A DNA stretch of 64,000 bases from Actinomycetota bacterium (GTDB lineage Bacteria > Actinomycetota > UBA4738 > HRBIN12). The notes below the pieces were generated by a model. The model was not told the DNA's origin. It made no database searches and worked only from the letters and a program-made list of their open reading frames with translations. A program made the position numbers and the translations under genes. Shown here one piece after another: positions 8,486 through 17,614 of the stretch. The DNA is taken from assembly GCA_035691205.1 (NCBI GenBank), contig DASSJM010000032.1:15698-79697 (forward strand), read 5' to 3'. The stretch's first letter is position 1, and each line of letters starts with the position of its first letter.

Positions 8486-9411
8486 AGCTTCATCCTGATC
8501 GGCTGGGCGAGGACCTCGAAGGTCGCCGGCGTGTGGCCGAGGATCTCGCCGTCCGCCTCTAGCGGGAGCGGCCGGTCGGACTCGATGACGAGCTCGCGCT
8601 TCACCCGGAACTCCTCGACGTGGTCGTGCGGTAGGTGCTCTCCACGGTAGATCTTCGGGAGCATCGTGAAGGAGTCGGACTTGGGGCCCTTGAAGACCAG
8701 GACGTCCAGGACCGCGTCTCCCGGGTAGGAGCGGGGAGAGATCTTCATCCCTCCCCCGTAGTACTGGGCGTTGCCGACCACCACGAGGTACGCGGGGCCC
8801 TCGTACGTCTTGCGGTCCGCCTGCACCCGCACGGTCGCGAGCTTGAAGCGCGGCATCTCCAACCAGAACCCGAAGAAGTACTTCGACTGGCCGAGGCGGG
8901 GCGACATCCGTTGCGCCCGCGCGGCCACCGCCGCCCCGAGCCCGGCCTCGGCGACGTTCACGAAGTACCGGGAGTCGCGGCCACCTCCGACCGTCGTATA
9001 CGTGATGCGACCCACGTCGAGCGGGTACGTGTTGTCGCCGGTCAGGTGCAGGCAGGCCCGGCTGGCGTCGCCCGGCAGGCCGAAGGTCCGTATGAAGTCG
9101 CATCCGCTCCCGGCCGCGACCACGCCCAGCACCGCCTCGGGGGCAAGCGGAGACCCCTGGCCGTCGAACATGCCGTTCACGACCTCGTGGACCGTCCCGT
9201 CTCCCCCCACCGCGACGAGGAAGCGCCCACCGGCATCGAGGGCCTCTCGGGCGAACCGCGTCGCGTCGCCCCTGCCCTGCGTCCGCAGCAGCCGATACGG
9301 CAGCCCACGCGCGCGAAGGGTGCGCTCCAGCTCGGGGATCTCCTCGCCGACGTGCCGTTTGCCCGCGTGGGGGTTCACGATGACGGTCAGGTCGCCGAAG
9401 GGCGTCGACAT
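8482..9411 (-). CDS. diacylglycerol-kinase-catalytic-domain lipid kinase (YegS/DgkA-like)
   Basis: The C-terminal 309 aa of track ORF 8482..10125 start at ATG 9411 (MSTPFGDLTVIVNPHAGKRHVGE...). DAGK_cat signature VAVGGDGTVHEVVNG. The upstream 238 codons are Arg/Gly junk. Confidence 0.8.
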   Translation of the reverse strand: MSTPFGDLTVIVNPHAGKRHVGEEIPELERTLRARGLPYRLLRTQGRGDATRFAREALDAGGRFLVAVGGDGTVHEVVNGMFDGQGSPLAPEAVLGVVAAGSGCDFIRTFGLPGDASRACLHLTGDNTYPLDVGRITYTTVGGGRDSRYFVNVAEAGLGAAVAARAQRMSPRLGQSKYFFGFWLEMPRFKLATVRVQADRKTYEGPAYLVVVGNAQYYGGGMKISPRSYPGDAVLDVLVFKGPKSDSFTMLPKIYRGEHLPHDHVEEFRVKRELVIESDRPLPLEADGEILGHTPATFEVLAQPIRMKL

Positions 9412-9449
9412 GGGGCGGATACTACCCTCGACGCCGGACGCGACTTCCT

Positions 9450-12104
9450 TCAAACGCCGGTGTAGGCGACGATCCCCCGGTTCACGGCCTCGCCCGCCCG
9501 ACGGACGGCGTCCACCGTGTCCTCGGGCGCCACCTCCTGGATCTGACGGAGCAGGTCGAGGAGCTGCTTGCAGTTGCGGACGAAGTCCCCTGGGGACATC
9601 CCCATCTCCCGCAGGACGTCGTCCAAGGCGTCGCCGCTCGCCCAGCGATGGATCGCCGAGGCGAACCCGTCCTCGAGCTCCCGACACAGCTCGACGTGAT
9701 GGCGGTCCTCCGCGGCCCGCACCCGCCGCCACGTGGCCTGGAGCCGGCGATACCGCTCCACCGTCGCCTGCGTGGGCATCTCGCCGGGCCGAGGGACCCG
9801 TTCGCGCGACTCGTAGACGACCGTGGAGACCAGCGCCGCCACCTCCGCCGGCTCGAGCCCCGTCAGTAGTCCCTCGGCAAGAGCCTCGGCGACCAGGACG
9901 TCTCCCTCGCCGTAGATGCGGGCGAGACGCCGCCCCTTGGGCAGGATGTGGAAGCCCTCGACGTACCCCAGCTCCACCAGCACCGACAGCACGCGCTCGA
10001 ACTGGCGGGCGAGGGTCTCGGTCCGGGTGCGGATCCGCCGCTCGATCCCGCGGACCTGCTGCTCGAGCTGCGAGGCCCGGGCCGCCCACCGCTCGTGGTC
10101 TTTGCGGTCGGGGCATGCGTGGCACGGATGGGTCTCGGCCTTGCGCTCGAGGCGCCCCGCCTCCCGCTCGGCCTCGGCGTCCGCCTCGCGCCGGGGTCGC
10201 CGGGGTGGTCGGACGTCCAGGGCCACCAGCTTGGCGGCGAGGTCACGACGGTACCGGGCGCTCCGCACGCTGCCGGAGCGCGGCAGAGGGATCTTCGTGA
10301 GGGCCGTCGGCCGCTCGTCGAAGTCGCGGGCGGACAGCCGGAAGAACTTCCGGTCCTGGGCAAGCACGCTCGGCCGACCCTCGCGGTTGGACAGCACGAC
10401 CGCGAGACCCCTGCGCTTGGCGCGCGGGACGAAGATCACGTCACCGGGCCGGAGCGACGCGAGGCCCTCCCGGACCGCGTCCGAGCGGGCGCGCTCGCGA
10501 CCCTTGTGAGCATCCTCGCGGACCCGGTCGGCTCGCTCTCGAAGCGCCCAGTAGTCGGCGAAGTCCCCGAGGTCGCAGCGCATCTGCTCGTGGTATCCGG
10601 CGAGGTAGGCCTTGTCGCGTTCGAGCTGCCGCTCGAGGGTGACGACGCCCCGGTCCGCGAGGAACTGCGCGAACGACGAGTTCAGGAGGTGATGGGCCTC
10701 CTCGCGCGAGTAGTTGCGGACGAGGTTGACCGCCATGTTGTACGAGGGACGGAAGGAGGAGACGAGCTCGTAGGTCCGCGTGGACGCGAGCGAGGCCACC
10801 CGCTCGAACGCGACCTGTCGCTGGTACACGACGACGGCGTGACCGAGCTCGTCGATCCCACGGCGACCCGCTCGACCCGTGAGCTGCGTGTACTCGCCGG
10901 GGGTCAGGAGCTCGTGACGCTCGCCCTGGAACTTCCACAGGTCCTCGATCACGACCGATCGGGCAGGCATGTTGATCCCGAGCGAGAGGGTCTCGGTCGC
11001 GAACACCACCTTCACGAGCCCCGCCTCGAAGAGCTCCTCGACCGTCTCCTTGAACACCGGGAGCATCCCGGCGTGGTGCGCCGCGATCCCGGCGGCGAGC
11101 GCGTCCTCGAAGTCGTAGAACCCGAGGGTCTTCAGGTCCTCGTCGGCGAGCCACGCGGCTCGCATCTCGGCGAACTCGCGGATCCGTCCGGCCTCCTCGG
11201 CCGTCGTCAGGCGGATCCCGGACCCCATCAGCCACTCCACGCTGCGGTCGCAGCCGGCCCGGCTGAAGACGAAGTAGATCGCCGGCAGCAGCCCCTGGTC
11301 GGCGAGCACCTCGACCACGTCCTCGCGTCGCGGCACGTAGACGCGCCGGTGTCCCTCCCGCGGCCTGGGGATCCGTTGGTGCTGCACGGCTCCCGAGCCC
11401 CGCCGGTAGTAGGTCTTGTACCGCACCTCCTCCCGGTCGAGCGACACGATGTACGGATTGGGCACCAGCGCCCCGTCCTGCTCGACGTGCATCGGGTGCA
11501 GGTCGCGGCCGACGAGGTAGTGGTGCTCCAGGGGGACCGGCCGCTTCTCCTCGATCACCACGCGGGTCGGGCCCCGCAACGTCCCGATCCACTCGCCGAA
11601 CTCCTCGGCGTTCGAGATGGTGGCCGATAGGCAGACCACGGACACGGACAGGGGCAGGTGGATCAGGATCTCCTCCCATACCGCCCCGCGGTACGGGTCC
11701 TGGAGGTAATGGACCTCGTCGAGCACGACCGTGACGAGGCCGTCGAGGGTCTGGCTGCGCTCGTAGAGCATGTTCCGCAGCACCTCGGTGGTCATCACGA
11801 CCACCGGAGCCTCGCCGTTGATGGTGTTGTCACCCGTGAGCAGCCCGACCCTCGCCGCGCCCAGGCGCGCCACGAAGTCGCCGAACTTCTGGTTCGACAG
11901 GGCCTTGAGCGGGGTGGTGTAGAAGCACTTGCCCCCGAGGTCGAGCGCGCGCTCGACGGCGAACTCCGCCACGACCGTCTTGCCCGATCCCGTCGGCGCC
12001 GCGACCAGCACGGACTCCCCTGCGGCCAGCGCCTCGTTCGCCCGCGTCTGGAACGGATCCAGGGCGAAGGGGTAGCGTCCGGCGAACCGCGCGGGGTCGG
12101 TCAC
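9450..12104 (-). CDS. helY: Ski2-like DEAD/DEAH-box RNA helicase HelY
   Basis: 884 aa. Motif I APTGSGKT, motif II DEVHY, helicase C, and a C-terminal DSHCT-like region. Located beside tatC/tatA/pafABC, as helY (Rv2092c) is in mycobacteria. Confidence 0.85.
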   Translation of the reverse strand: MTDPARFAGRYPFALDPFQTRANEALAAGESVLVAAPTGSGKTVVAEFAVERALDLGGKCFYTTPLKALSNQKFGDFVARLGAARVGLLTGDNTINGEAPVVVMTTEVLRNMLYERSQTLDGLVTVVLDEVHYLQDPYRGAVWEEILIHLPLSVSVVCLSATISNAEEFGEWIGTLRGPTRVVIEEKRPVPLEHHYLVGRDLHPMHVEQDGALVPNPYIVSLDREEVRYKTYYRRGSGAVQHQRIPRPREGHRRVYVPRREDVVEVLADQGLLPAIYFVFSRAGCDRSVEWLMGSGIRLTTAEEAGRIREFAEMRAAWLADEDLKTLGFYDFEDALAAGIAAHHAGMLPVFKETVEELFEAGLVKVVFATETLSLGINMPARSVVIEDLWKFQGERHELLTPGEYTQLTGRAGRRGIDELGHAVVVYQRQVAFERVASLASTRTYELVSSFRPSYNMAVNLVRNYSREEAHHLLNSSFAQFLADRGVVTLERQLERDKAYLAGYHEQMRCDLGDFADYWALRERADRVREDAHKGRERARSDAVREGLASLRPGDVIFVPRAKRRGLAVVLSNREGRPSVLAQDRKFFRLSARDFDERPTALTKIPLPRSGSVRSARYRRDLAAKLVALDVRPPRRPRREADAEAEREAGRLERKAETHPCHACPDRKDHERWAARASQLEQQVRGIERRIRTRTETLARQFERVLSVLVELGYVEGFHILPKGRRLARIYGEGDVLVAEALAEGLLTGLEPAEVAALVSTVVYESRERVPRPGEMPTQATVERYRRLQATWRRVRAAEDRHHVELCRELEDGFASAIHRWASGDALDDVLREMGMSPGDFVRNCKQLLDLLRQIQEVAPEDTVDAVRRAGEAVNRGIVAYTGV

Positions 12105-12144
12105 GGTTCGAGTCTACGGGCGGGTCCGGCGGGGGCCGGGACCC

Positions 12145-12879
12145 TCAGGCGATGCCGCAGGCGGGCAGGTGCTCCTCGAGGAGGGCGGTGAAGGCCTCCG
12201 GCGCTTCGAGGTTGCTCAGGTGGCCGACCGCCTCCAGCATCTCCAGCCGGGCCTCGGGGATCTGGCCCGCCATCTCGGCAGAGACCTCGGGCGCGATCAG
12301 GCGATCGCCGGTGGACGTGACGACGAGGGTCGGGACGTCGATCGTCGTGAGGTCCGGGGTTGAGTCGGGTCGCTCGGCCATCCCGAGGGCGGCCGCAGCG
12401 ATCGCGTCCGCGGGCTGGTCGGCGATCAGGGCCCGCACGCGGTCCTGGAGCTCGACGGGGGCGTCGGCCGCGAGCAGCGGTGGCGGCTCGCCTGCGAGCA
12501 CGTTCCCCTCCGAACGGAGACGGGCGGCCAGCGCCCGTCGCCCCGCGGCGGCCTCGTCGGTATCGGCCACGGCGCGTGTGTTCGCGAGGATCAGGCCGGC
12601 GATCCGATGGCGGGCCCGGCGCCAGAGCTCGAAGGCGACGTAGCCACCGATCGACAGGCCGCAGACGAGGGCCCGGTCGATGCCCGCGGCGTCCATCGCG
12701 GCCAGGGCCCGTTCGGCCGCCGACCCCATCGTCATGACCTCGCCCGCGGCCTCGGACCCTCCGAAACCCGGATGGTGGGGAGCGACCACGGCGAGGCCGA
12801 CGGGGAGCGCGTCCAGCTGCGGCTGCCACATCCGCGCGTCGAGCGGCCAGGCATGGAGCAGGAGAAGGCCGTCGGTCAT
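12145..12879 (-). CDS. alpha/beta-fold hydrolase
   Basis: 244 aa. Nucleophile elbow GLSIGG, HAWPLD oxyanion region, C-terminal VGHLSNLE (catalytic His). Confidence 0.75.
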   Translation of the reverse strand: MTDGLLLLHAWPLDARMWQPQLDALPVGLAVVAPHHPGFGGSEAAGEVMTMGSAAERALAAMDAAGIDRALVCGLSIGGYVAFELWRRARHRIAGLILANTRAVADTDEAAAGRRALAARLRSEGNVLAGEPPPLLAADAPVELQDRVRALIADQPADAIAAAALGMAERPDSTPDLTTIDVPTLVVTSTGDRLIAPEVSAEMAGQIPEARLEMLEAVGHLSNLEAPEAFTALLEEHLPACGIA

Positions 12880-13628
12880 GAGCCGGTGGGTCCGGTCGGC
12901 AGCGGCAGGGTCTGGAGGTTGCCTGTGGAGGCGAGGTCGAAGAGGCCGGCGAGGGTGCTGGCCTCGACGTAGTCGGCGAACCCGCTGTCGAACGCGGACC
13001 GTGCGACCTCCAGCACGCCTCGGGCCCGCTCGACGAGCAGGTCTCGCTCCTGCCCTTCGGGGGCGTCGGCGGCCATCGCCAGGAGCTCGGCGGCCTGCTC
13101 GTACCCCTTCAGCGATCCCACGAGCTTCTCGTGGGACCCGAGCACGTAGACGACGAACAGCTGGTCGAGGCCGCGTCCCCGTACCTCCGCGAGCGCGTCG
13201 ACCTGATCCAGGGCCTCCCAGGCCGTCCTCGCGTCGGAGGCGGCGGAGGTCGCCGTGGCCGCGACCTCGCCGGGCTGTCCCTCACCCGCCTCGAGCGTGT
13301 CCAGGGCATCCGAGAGCTCCGTGAACGAGCTCCAGGAGGCCGGCGGGACGGGCTCCCCGACCGTTCCGATGATCGGCTCCACCTGACGCCCGTAGGCCTC
13401 GAACGCAGCCGCCCGCGCCTCCTCGAGGGCCTGCTCGCGGTTCTGGCTCCGTTCCCGGGCGAACCCGTACCAGAGCCCGGCGATCACCAGGACGGCCAGG
13501 ACGACCGCCACCCCGATCCAGAAGCCGCGGCGGGCAAGGAGCGGCTGTTTGACGGGCACGTAGGCAGGCTTGGGCCCGCGGGTCACCGCCTTGGCGGTCC
13601 TGCTCTTGCTCTTCCCCTTGATCGCCAT
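12876..13628 (-). CDS. hypothetical membrane-anchored protein
   Basis: 250 aa. Basic N-terminus, one TM helix (FWIGVAVVLAVLVIAGLWYGF), then a soluble Ala/Glu-rich region. 4-nt overlap with the downstream hydrolase start. Confidence 0.5.
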   Translation of the reverse strand: MAIKGKSKSRTAKAVTRGPKPAYVPVKQPLLARRGFWIGVAVVLAVLVIAGLWYGFARERSQNREQALEEARAAAFEAYGRQVEPIIGTVGEPVPPASWSSFTELSDALDTLEAGEGQPGEVAATATSAASDARTAWEALDQVDALAEVRGRGLDQLFVVYVLGSHEKLVGSLKGYEQAAELLAMAADAPEGQERDLLVERARGVLEVARSAFDSGFADYVEASTLAGLFDLASTGNLQTLPLPTGPTGS

Positions 13629-13635
13629 CGGCTCC

Positions 13636-14415
13636 CTACTTCTTCATGGCACGGCCAACGATGATAGCGCCCTCGTAGAACACCACCATGGGGATCGTCA
13701 TGGCGAGCATCGTGTAGGGATCCGAGCTCGGGGTGACGACCGCCGCGAAGACCGCGATGGACAGGATCGCCCCTCGCCGCCAGTCCCGCAGCTGCCGGGA
13801 CGACACGACGCCAGCGAGCTGAAGGAAGACGAGGGCGATCGGGAACTCGAAGGCGAGCCCGAAGGACAGCGCCACGAGCATCACGAACGAGAGGTAGCGA
13901 TCCGCGGTCAGCAGCGGGGCGAACTGGTCGCCCGCGAAGCCCAGGAGGAAGGTGAGGGCCCGAGGCAGCGTCCAGTAGGCGAACGCGGCACCCAGGACGA
14001 ACAGGAACACGGAGGTCACGACGAAGGGGATCGCCATCCGCCGCTCGCGATCGCTCAGGCCAGGGACGACGAAACGCCAGAGCTGGTACAGGACCACCGG
14101 GAGCGCGAGGAAGAGCCCGAGGAAGCCGACGACCTTCAGCTTCGCGATGACCGACTCGAGCACCCCGAAGAAGAAGAGGTTGCAGTCCTGGGTCGGGCGA
14201 CTCGTGGCGGGGACGGTCTCCCAGTAGTCGCAGTAGGGGTCCTGCAGCAGTTCCAGCACCGGGTCGAACAGGAACCACCCGACGACCGCACCGCACGCGA
14301 TCGCGACGACCGACACGATCAGCCGGTAGCGGAGCTCGGAGAGGTGCTCCACGAGGGTCATCGATCCGTCGGGGGCGCGTCGCGTTCGACGCAGTCGGTC
14401 GGGGATGAGCTTCAT
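13636..14415 (-). CDS. tatC: twin-arginine translocase subunit TatC
   Basis: 259 aa, six predicted TM helices, HLSELRYRLI...FLFDPVLELL N-terminal signature of TatC. Confidence 0.85.
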   Translation of the reverse strand: MKLIPDRLRRTRRAPDGSMTLVEHLSELRYRLIVSVVAIACGAVVGWFLFDPVLELLQDPYCDYWETVPATSRPTQDCNLFFFGVLESVIAKLKVVGFLGLFLALPVVLYQLWRFVVPGLSDRERRMAIPFVVTSVFLFVLGAAFAYWTLPRALTFLLGFAGDQFAPLLTADRYLSFVMLVALSFGLAFEFPIALVFLQLAGVVSSRQLRDWRRGAILSIAVFAAVVTPSSDPYTMLAMTIPMVVFYEGAIIVGRAMKK

Positions 14416-14427
14416 ACGCGTCCTCGC

Positions 14428-14949
14428 TCAGCCGGTCGGTGCCTCGTCGGCCGGCGGTGGCGAGCCTGGCTTCCCTGCGGCCGGTGGCGCCTTCGGGCCG
14501 CCGGGCCGTGGCGTGGGTTCGCCTAGGTCCACGCGGAAGCTCTTGCGGATCTCCTCGCGCGCCCGCCGAAGCTCGTGCAGGCTCCTTCCGAGGGCGCGGG
14601 AGACCTCGGTCACCTCGCTCGGCGGCGGCGGCTCCGAGGCGAGCGGGACGGGGTCGGGCCCGGTCGGCACGGGCACGTCCCCGGCATCGACCGTGGCGTC
14701 GCCCGGATCGGTCGATGCGGGTTGGGTCGACGAGCGCTCCCGCGCGACCGTCGCGCCCCGCTGGGGGTCGCTCGCTGGCTCCTCGTCCAGGTTCACCTGG
14801 ATCGTCCGCTTGACCTCGTCCTGCGCCTTGCGGATCTCGCGCAGACCCCGGCCGATCGAGCGGCCGAGCGTGGGCAGCCGATGAGGACCCACGACGATCA
14901 GAGCGATCACGAGGATGAGGAGCAGTTCCTGGGGACCGATGTTGAGCAT
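14428..14949 (-). CDS. tatA: twin-arginine translocase TatA/TatB-family protein with extended C-terminus
   Basis: 173 aa. N-terminal MLNIGPQELLLILVIALIVVGPHRLP (TM helix with the hinge glycine, then amphipathic helix). Long Pro/Ala-rich tail. Confidence 0.8.
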   Translation of the reverse strand: MLNIGPQELLLILVIALIVVGPHRLPTLGRSIGRGLREIRKAQDEVKRTIQVNLDEEPASDPQRGATVARERSSTQPASTDPGDATVDAGDVPVPTGPDPVPLASEPPPPSEVTEVSRALGRSLHELRRAREEIRKSFRVDLGEPTPRPGGPKAPPAAGKPGSPPPADEAPTG

Positions 14950-14986
14950 CCGCCGCCTCCGCCGGAGGCCTATCCTATCGCCGGCC

Positions 14987-15205
14987 TCAGGACCGCCGAC
15001 GCCCGCCGGGGATGCGCTGAGTCCGCGAGGACGCGCGGTCGGCCTGCTCCGTGATCTCGCGCGCGAGGGGGCTCACCTCGTCGCCGTATCGCCGCACCGC
15101 GCGGCCGAGCACCAGCAGGTGCCGGATGAGCGCGATCAGCATGGCGATCGTCACCGCGAGGGTGAGGAGACCGATGACGAGCCAGACGATGGCCGGCGGG
15201 GACAT
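14987..15205 (-). CDS. putative small single-pass membrane protein
   Basis: 72-aa ORF. WLVIGLLTLAVTIAMLIALI TM helix then a basic tail. Sits between tatA and the Zn-ribbon gene. No homology recognised. Confidence 0.3.
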   Translation of the reverse strand: MSPPAIVWLVIGLLTLAVTIAMLIALIRHLLVLGRAVRRYGDEVSPLAREITEQADRASSRTQRIPGGRRRS

Positions 15206-15254
15206 GCCTGGATGCTAACGGACGGGGACGGGACAGGACGCCCGTCTCGGTGCG

Positions 15255-15626
15255 TCACTGCGCGGCGAGGAAGTCCCTGATGTACCGGTCGTCTTCCAGA
15301 CGGAAATGGAAGTCGATCACGTCGTCGATCGTGAAGTTCGGCCCGCGGGGAAGGGCCCCACGTGGGTCGTCGAGACCGGTGTCGGGCGGGAGGTCCTCCA
15401 GGAGCTCGGCCGTAGGAGGGATGCCGCGCCCGGCGACGTCCACGCCCGCGGAGACCAGCAGGGCCACGATCTTGCGGTCGGCACGCTTCTGGACCGGCTC
15501 CATGCACGTGGGGCACTCGAATCGGTAGGTGCCCTCCCGGCCCCCACGAACGACCTCGAGCAGGATCGACTCGGGTCCCATGTCGACCTCCCCGCAGCGC
15601 GGGCACGTGGTCCTGATCGTTGTCAT
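15255..15626 (-). CDS. zinc-ribbon small protein (CPRCG...CPTC)
   Basis: 123 aa. N-terminal C-x2-C (CPRCG) and a second C-x2-C (CPTCM) 24 residues later form a Zn ribbon. Acidic C-terminus. Located between tatA and pafC. Confidence 0.5.
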   Translation of the reverse strand: MTTIRTTCPRCGEVDMGPESILLEVVRGGREGTYRFECPTCMEPVQKRADRKIVALLVSAGVDVAGRGIPPTAELLEDLPPDTGLDDPRGALPRGPNFTIDDVIDFHFRLEDDRYIRDFLAAQ

Positions 15627-15688
15627 GACATCGCCTGTATCGGAACCCTCACCGGACCGCTTGAGCCTCGGGCGGCGGTGTCACCACT

Positions 15689-16660
15689 CTACCCGTACCG
15701 CTCGCGGGTCCGCGCGGCCAAGCCCTGCACCCGATCCCGCAATCCCTCGGGAGCGACCACCTCGGCGTCCGTGCCCAGCCGAAGGAGCAGGCGTTCCACC
15801 CACTCGAGCCGCCCGGCTGGGAGCTCGACCTCGAGCCGCTCGTCGGCGAGCTCGGCCTCGCGCACGGTCTCGTAGTACTCCCCTACCCATCGCGCCCCGG
15901 GGGAAAGGCGGAGGATCACCGACACGTCGGCCTCACCCGGCGAGTACAGCCGCCGGCCGGCCCCCTCCAGTCCCTTGGGCTCGAAGCGTACGCCGGTGGC
16001 GGCCACCCACCGGATCCGGTCGGCGCGGAAGAGCCGTTCGGCCTCCGAGCGATGGTCCCACGCGGCCACGTACCAGTTCCCGATCGCGGAGAAGACCTCT
16101 TCGGGGTCGATCTCCCGGTCCGTCGTCTCCGCGGACGAGGCGGAGTAGTACTCGATCCGCAGGCGCTCGTGCCGATGCGCCGCAGCGCGGAGTTGGTCGA
16201 GCGTTCCCACCGTCCGCTCCCCGCCGACCGCCTCCACCCGCCGAGGAAGCTCGCCGAGCGCGTCCGGGCCGAGCCCCTCGGCGAGCTTCTCCAGGGCGGA
16301 GGCGAGCGCGGGTGCCTCGGCGAGGCCCGGGACCCCCGCGAGCGCGGTCCCGCGCACGTACAGGGACAGCGCCTCGCTCCGCGTCAGTCGCAGCGGTCGG
16401 GCGAAGTAGTCGGCCATCGAGATCCAGATCCTCCCGTCTTGGATGTCGACGTCGATGAGATCGCCCGGTCCGTAGGGTGGCAGACCCGACACGAAGAGCA
16501 GGTCCAGGTCCTCGACCAGCTCCTGCTCCGACAGGTCGAACGCGCGTGCCGCCTCCTCGACGGCCGTACCGGGATGCTGCACGAGGTACGGGACGACGGC
16601 CAGCAGGCGCCGGAGCCGCTGGGAGGCCTTCGCCGGGGCGCGGCGGCCCTCAGGAGGCAC
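15689..16660 (-). CDS. pafC: proteasome accessory factor PafC (HTH-WYL-WCX transcription regulator)
   Basis: The C-terminal 323 aa of track ORF 15689..17278: ...SQRLRRLLAVVPYLVQHPGTAVEEAARAFDLSEQELVEDLDLL (HTH), then WYL region (...IEYYSASSAETTDREIDPEEV...NWYVAAWD). GTG at 16660 preceded by GGAGG and overlapping the pafB TGA (GTGCCTCCTGA). Confidence 0.8.
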   Translation of the reverse strand: MPPEGRRAPAKASQRLRRLLAVVPYLVQHPGTAVEEAARAFDLSEQELVEDLDLLFVSGLPPYGPGDLIDVDIQDGRIWISMADYFARPLRLTRSEALSLYVRGTALAGVPGLAEAPALASALEKLAEGLGPDALGELPRRVEAVGGERTVGTLDQLRAAAHRHERLRIEYYSASSAETTDREIDPEEVFSAIGNWYVAAWDHRSEAERLFRADRIRWVAATGVRFEPKGLEGAGRRLYSPGEADVSVILRLSPGARWVGEYYETVREAELADERLEVELPAGRLEWVERLLLRLGTDAEVVAPEGLRDRVQGLAARTRERYG

Positions 16661-17591
16661 CGAGCGCCTCCAGGCGGGCGACGACCTCCGCACGGAGGTC
16701 GGGCGGAGCCACCGCCTCGGCATCCGGTCCGAACGACAGGACCCATGCGGCCAGGCTCTCGCCCGGCTGCCAGGGGACGTGGATCTCCACCCATCCGTCG
16801 GGGCGGGTGCGTGCGACGTCGGCGCCGACGACCCCGTTCGCCGCCCACCAGGCGACGTCCGGCGCGAACGCCACGGTCGCCGTCGTGCGAGCCTCGCCCG
16901 GGCCCCAGGGTCCCGCTTGGACGTGGTCCGCGGCCCGGAAGCCCGGGGGCGGGGGGCTGCCCTCTCCCTCGACCTCGAGCTCGCCGACGATCCTGGACAG
17001 GCGGAAGGAGCGGATCTCGCCGCGGCCGTGATCGTGCCCCACCAGGTACCAGTGCCCGCCTCGGATCGCGAGCCCGAACGCGTCGACGGTCCGATCGGAG
17101 CTCTCGCCGCGCGAGGTCCGATAGCGGAACCGCACGCGGCGTTGTCCCGCGACCGCCTCGGCCGCCGGCGGGAGGCTCGCCTCCGTCTCTCCTCCCAGAC
17201 CCGAGCCCCCGAGCCCAGCCAGGATCCCCCCCTCCGCACCGGAGAGCAGCTTGCGCACCGCATCCTCCGCGGAGACATCGCCCCCCGAGCGGGCGGCCAC
17301 GAGGAGCGCGGAGATCTCCTCGGGGGTGAACGCGATCTCGGGGAGGTAGTAGCGCTCCTTGTCGATCGTGTAGCCCTGCTCGACCTCCCAGGCGTCGGTC
17401 GCGACGACCTCGATCGGGACGCCGACGTCGCGCAGGACGTCCTTGTCCCGCTCGAACATCCGCTTGGCCGACGCCTGGTCGCGATGCTCGTAGCCTTCGG
17501 CCAGCTTCTCGCGGATCTGCTCGAAGGTCAGGGGCGTCTTGGACTCGAGCAGCAGGGCGACGAGGTTCACCAGACGCTCGAGCGGGTGCAT
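16650..17591 (-). CDS. pafB: proteasome accessory factor PafB (HTH-WYL-WCX transcription regulator)
   Basis: The C-terminal 313 aa of track ORF 16650..17966 from ATG 17591: MHPLERLVNLVALLLESKTPLTFEQIREKL... (HTH), WYL region RFRYRTSRGESSDRTVDAFGLAIRGGHWYLVGHD. The upstream 125 codons are spurious. Confidence 0.8.
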   Translation of the reverse strand: MHPLERLVNLVALLLESKTPLTFEQIREKLAEGYEHRDQASAKRMFERDKDVLRDVGVPIEVVATDAWEVEQGYTIDKERYYLPEIAFTPEEISALLVAARSGGDVSAEDAVRKLLSGAEGGILAGLGGSGLGGETEASLPPAAEAVAGQRRVRFRYRTSRGESSDRTVDAFGLAIRGGHWYLVGHDHGRGEIRSFRLSRIVGELEVEGEGSPPPPGFRAADHVQAGPWGPGEARTTATVAFAPDVAWWAANGVVGADVARTRPDGWVEIHVPWQPGESLAAWVLSFGPDAEAVAPPDLRAEVVARLEALGAS

Positions 17592-17614
17592 GCGCGCGGC
17601 ATCATACTTCCGGC

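Noticed and set aside
8771-11630. 509-aa and 560-aa plus-strand ORFs across the DAGK/helY region
   Set aside because: Antisense to the motif-supported lipid-kinase and HelY genes. Pro/Arg/Ser-rich junk translation.
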